From the NCBI GenBank assembly GCA_001687465.1, contig LVLI01000805.1, positions 1 to 33,444 of the forward strand: a DNA stretch of 33,444 nt. Direction: 5' to 3'. Position 1 is the first letter of the stretch, and each line of letters begins with the position of its first letter. Both the position numbers and the translations under genes were made by a program. The notes beneath the pieces were generated by a model. That model was not told the origin of the DNA, did not search any database, and was given only the letters and a program-made list of their open reading frames with translations. This DNA comes from Halocafeteria seosinensis (Eukaryota). This document shows positions 32,872 to 33,444 of this stretch, one piece after another.

Positions 32872-33444
32872 TCAGCCGTTTACTATGCGTTTGGATCTTT
32901 GAGCAGGTAGTACAGTGTCCTCGTCAAACTGATCGTCTGGTTTATCCGTAACTGAAGCGCTATTTGTTTCGGAAGCTGTGGGGATGGAGCTTCGAGTCGG
33001 AGTCAAGCTCGACGATGAGGTTCCTGTCGTCGTCGGAAAACTTCTGGTAGAAGATGAAGCCGAGCAAGTAGATGTCGAAGCTGGTGTAGCACTTTTTGGA
33101 GCACCTGACGAGTCTCTGACCTAGCGGTCGTCGACGTGAAAGTGGAAGTTTGAGTAAGTGTCAAAGTTGGGGTGGGGCTTGCCGTTCCAGTTGGAGTCCT
33201 TGTTTGGCTATGCGATGACGATGTCGATGGAGTGGGGGTACAGCTGCTTGAAGGAGTTTCCGACCTTGTCATTGTCGTTGTTGGTGTCGCCATGGGTGAA
33301 GGAGTAAGACTCGCTGGTACTTGAAAGCGTAGAATTGGTAGCAGATTCTCCTCGTCGTTATCTAACGCCCATACGTCCTCAGACCACTCTCCCGGTTGAT
33401 ACAGTTGTCCCCATATGTCCGTCAATTCATTTGAATTGTCTGTA
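32872..33444 (-). pseudogene. GLUG-family gene 3' end, copy 3, frameshifted; 5' part lies outside the window
   Basis: Cap and stalk closely match copy 1. An apparent 1-nt deletion near 33110 (gagactcgtcagg versus gagactccttcagg in copy 1) shifts the frame. The shifted frame reads ...SETNSASVTDKPDDQFDEDTVLPAQRSKRIVNG, with TGA in place of copy 1's TGG at 32874-32872. Confidence 0.7.

Overview
Gene-dense eukaryotic (protist-like, possibly stramenopile) DNA with short GT-AG spliceosomal introns, mostly 63-86 nt, and the standard genetic code. A core block of five genes runs from 8125 to 32170: an enlarged Vps39/TGFBRAP1-like CNH protein (+), a small Vac8-like ARM-repeat protein (-), a large multi-EF-hand NCS/calcineurin-B-like protein (+), an intronless ankyrin-repeat protein (-) and proteasome activator PA200/Blm10 (PSME4, +). 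Both sides of this block carry members of an intronless family of GLUG-like (GGIxG) repeat proteins with a Ser/Thr/Pro stalk and a conserved C-terminal motif, VLPAQRPKRxVxG. Two apparently intact copies lie tail-to-tail at the left. Two damaged copies lie in tandem at the right, one cut by the window edge and one a tail-only fragment. The 4.5-kb spacer between the left copies holds two decayed tandem copies of an unidentified coding-like element. A near-perfect 156-bp tandem duplication lies in the ankyrin/PSME4 divergent intergenic region. All calls come from reading the sequence and from family motifs; no database search was run.
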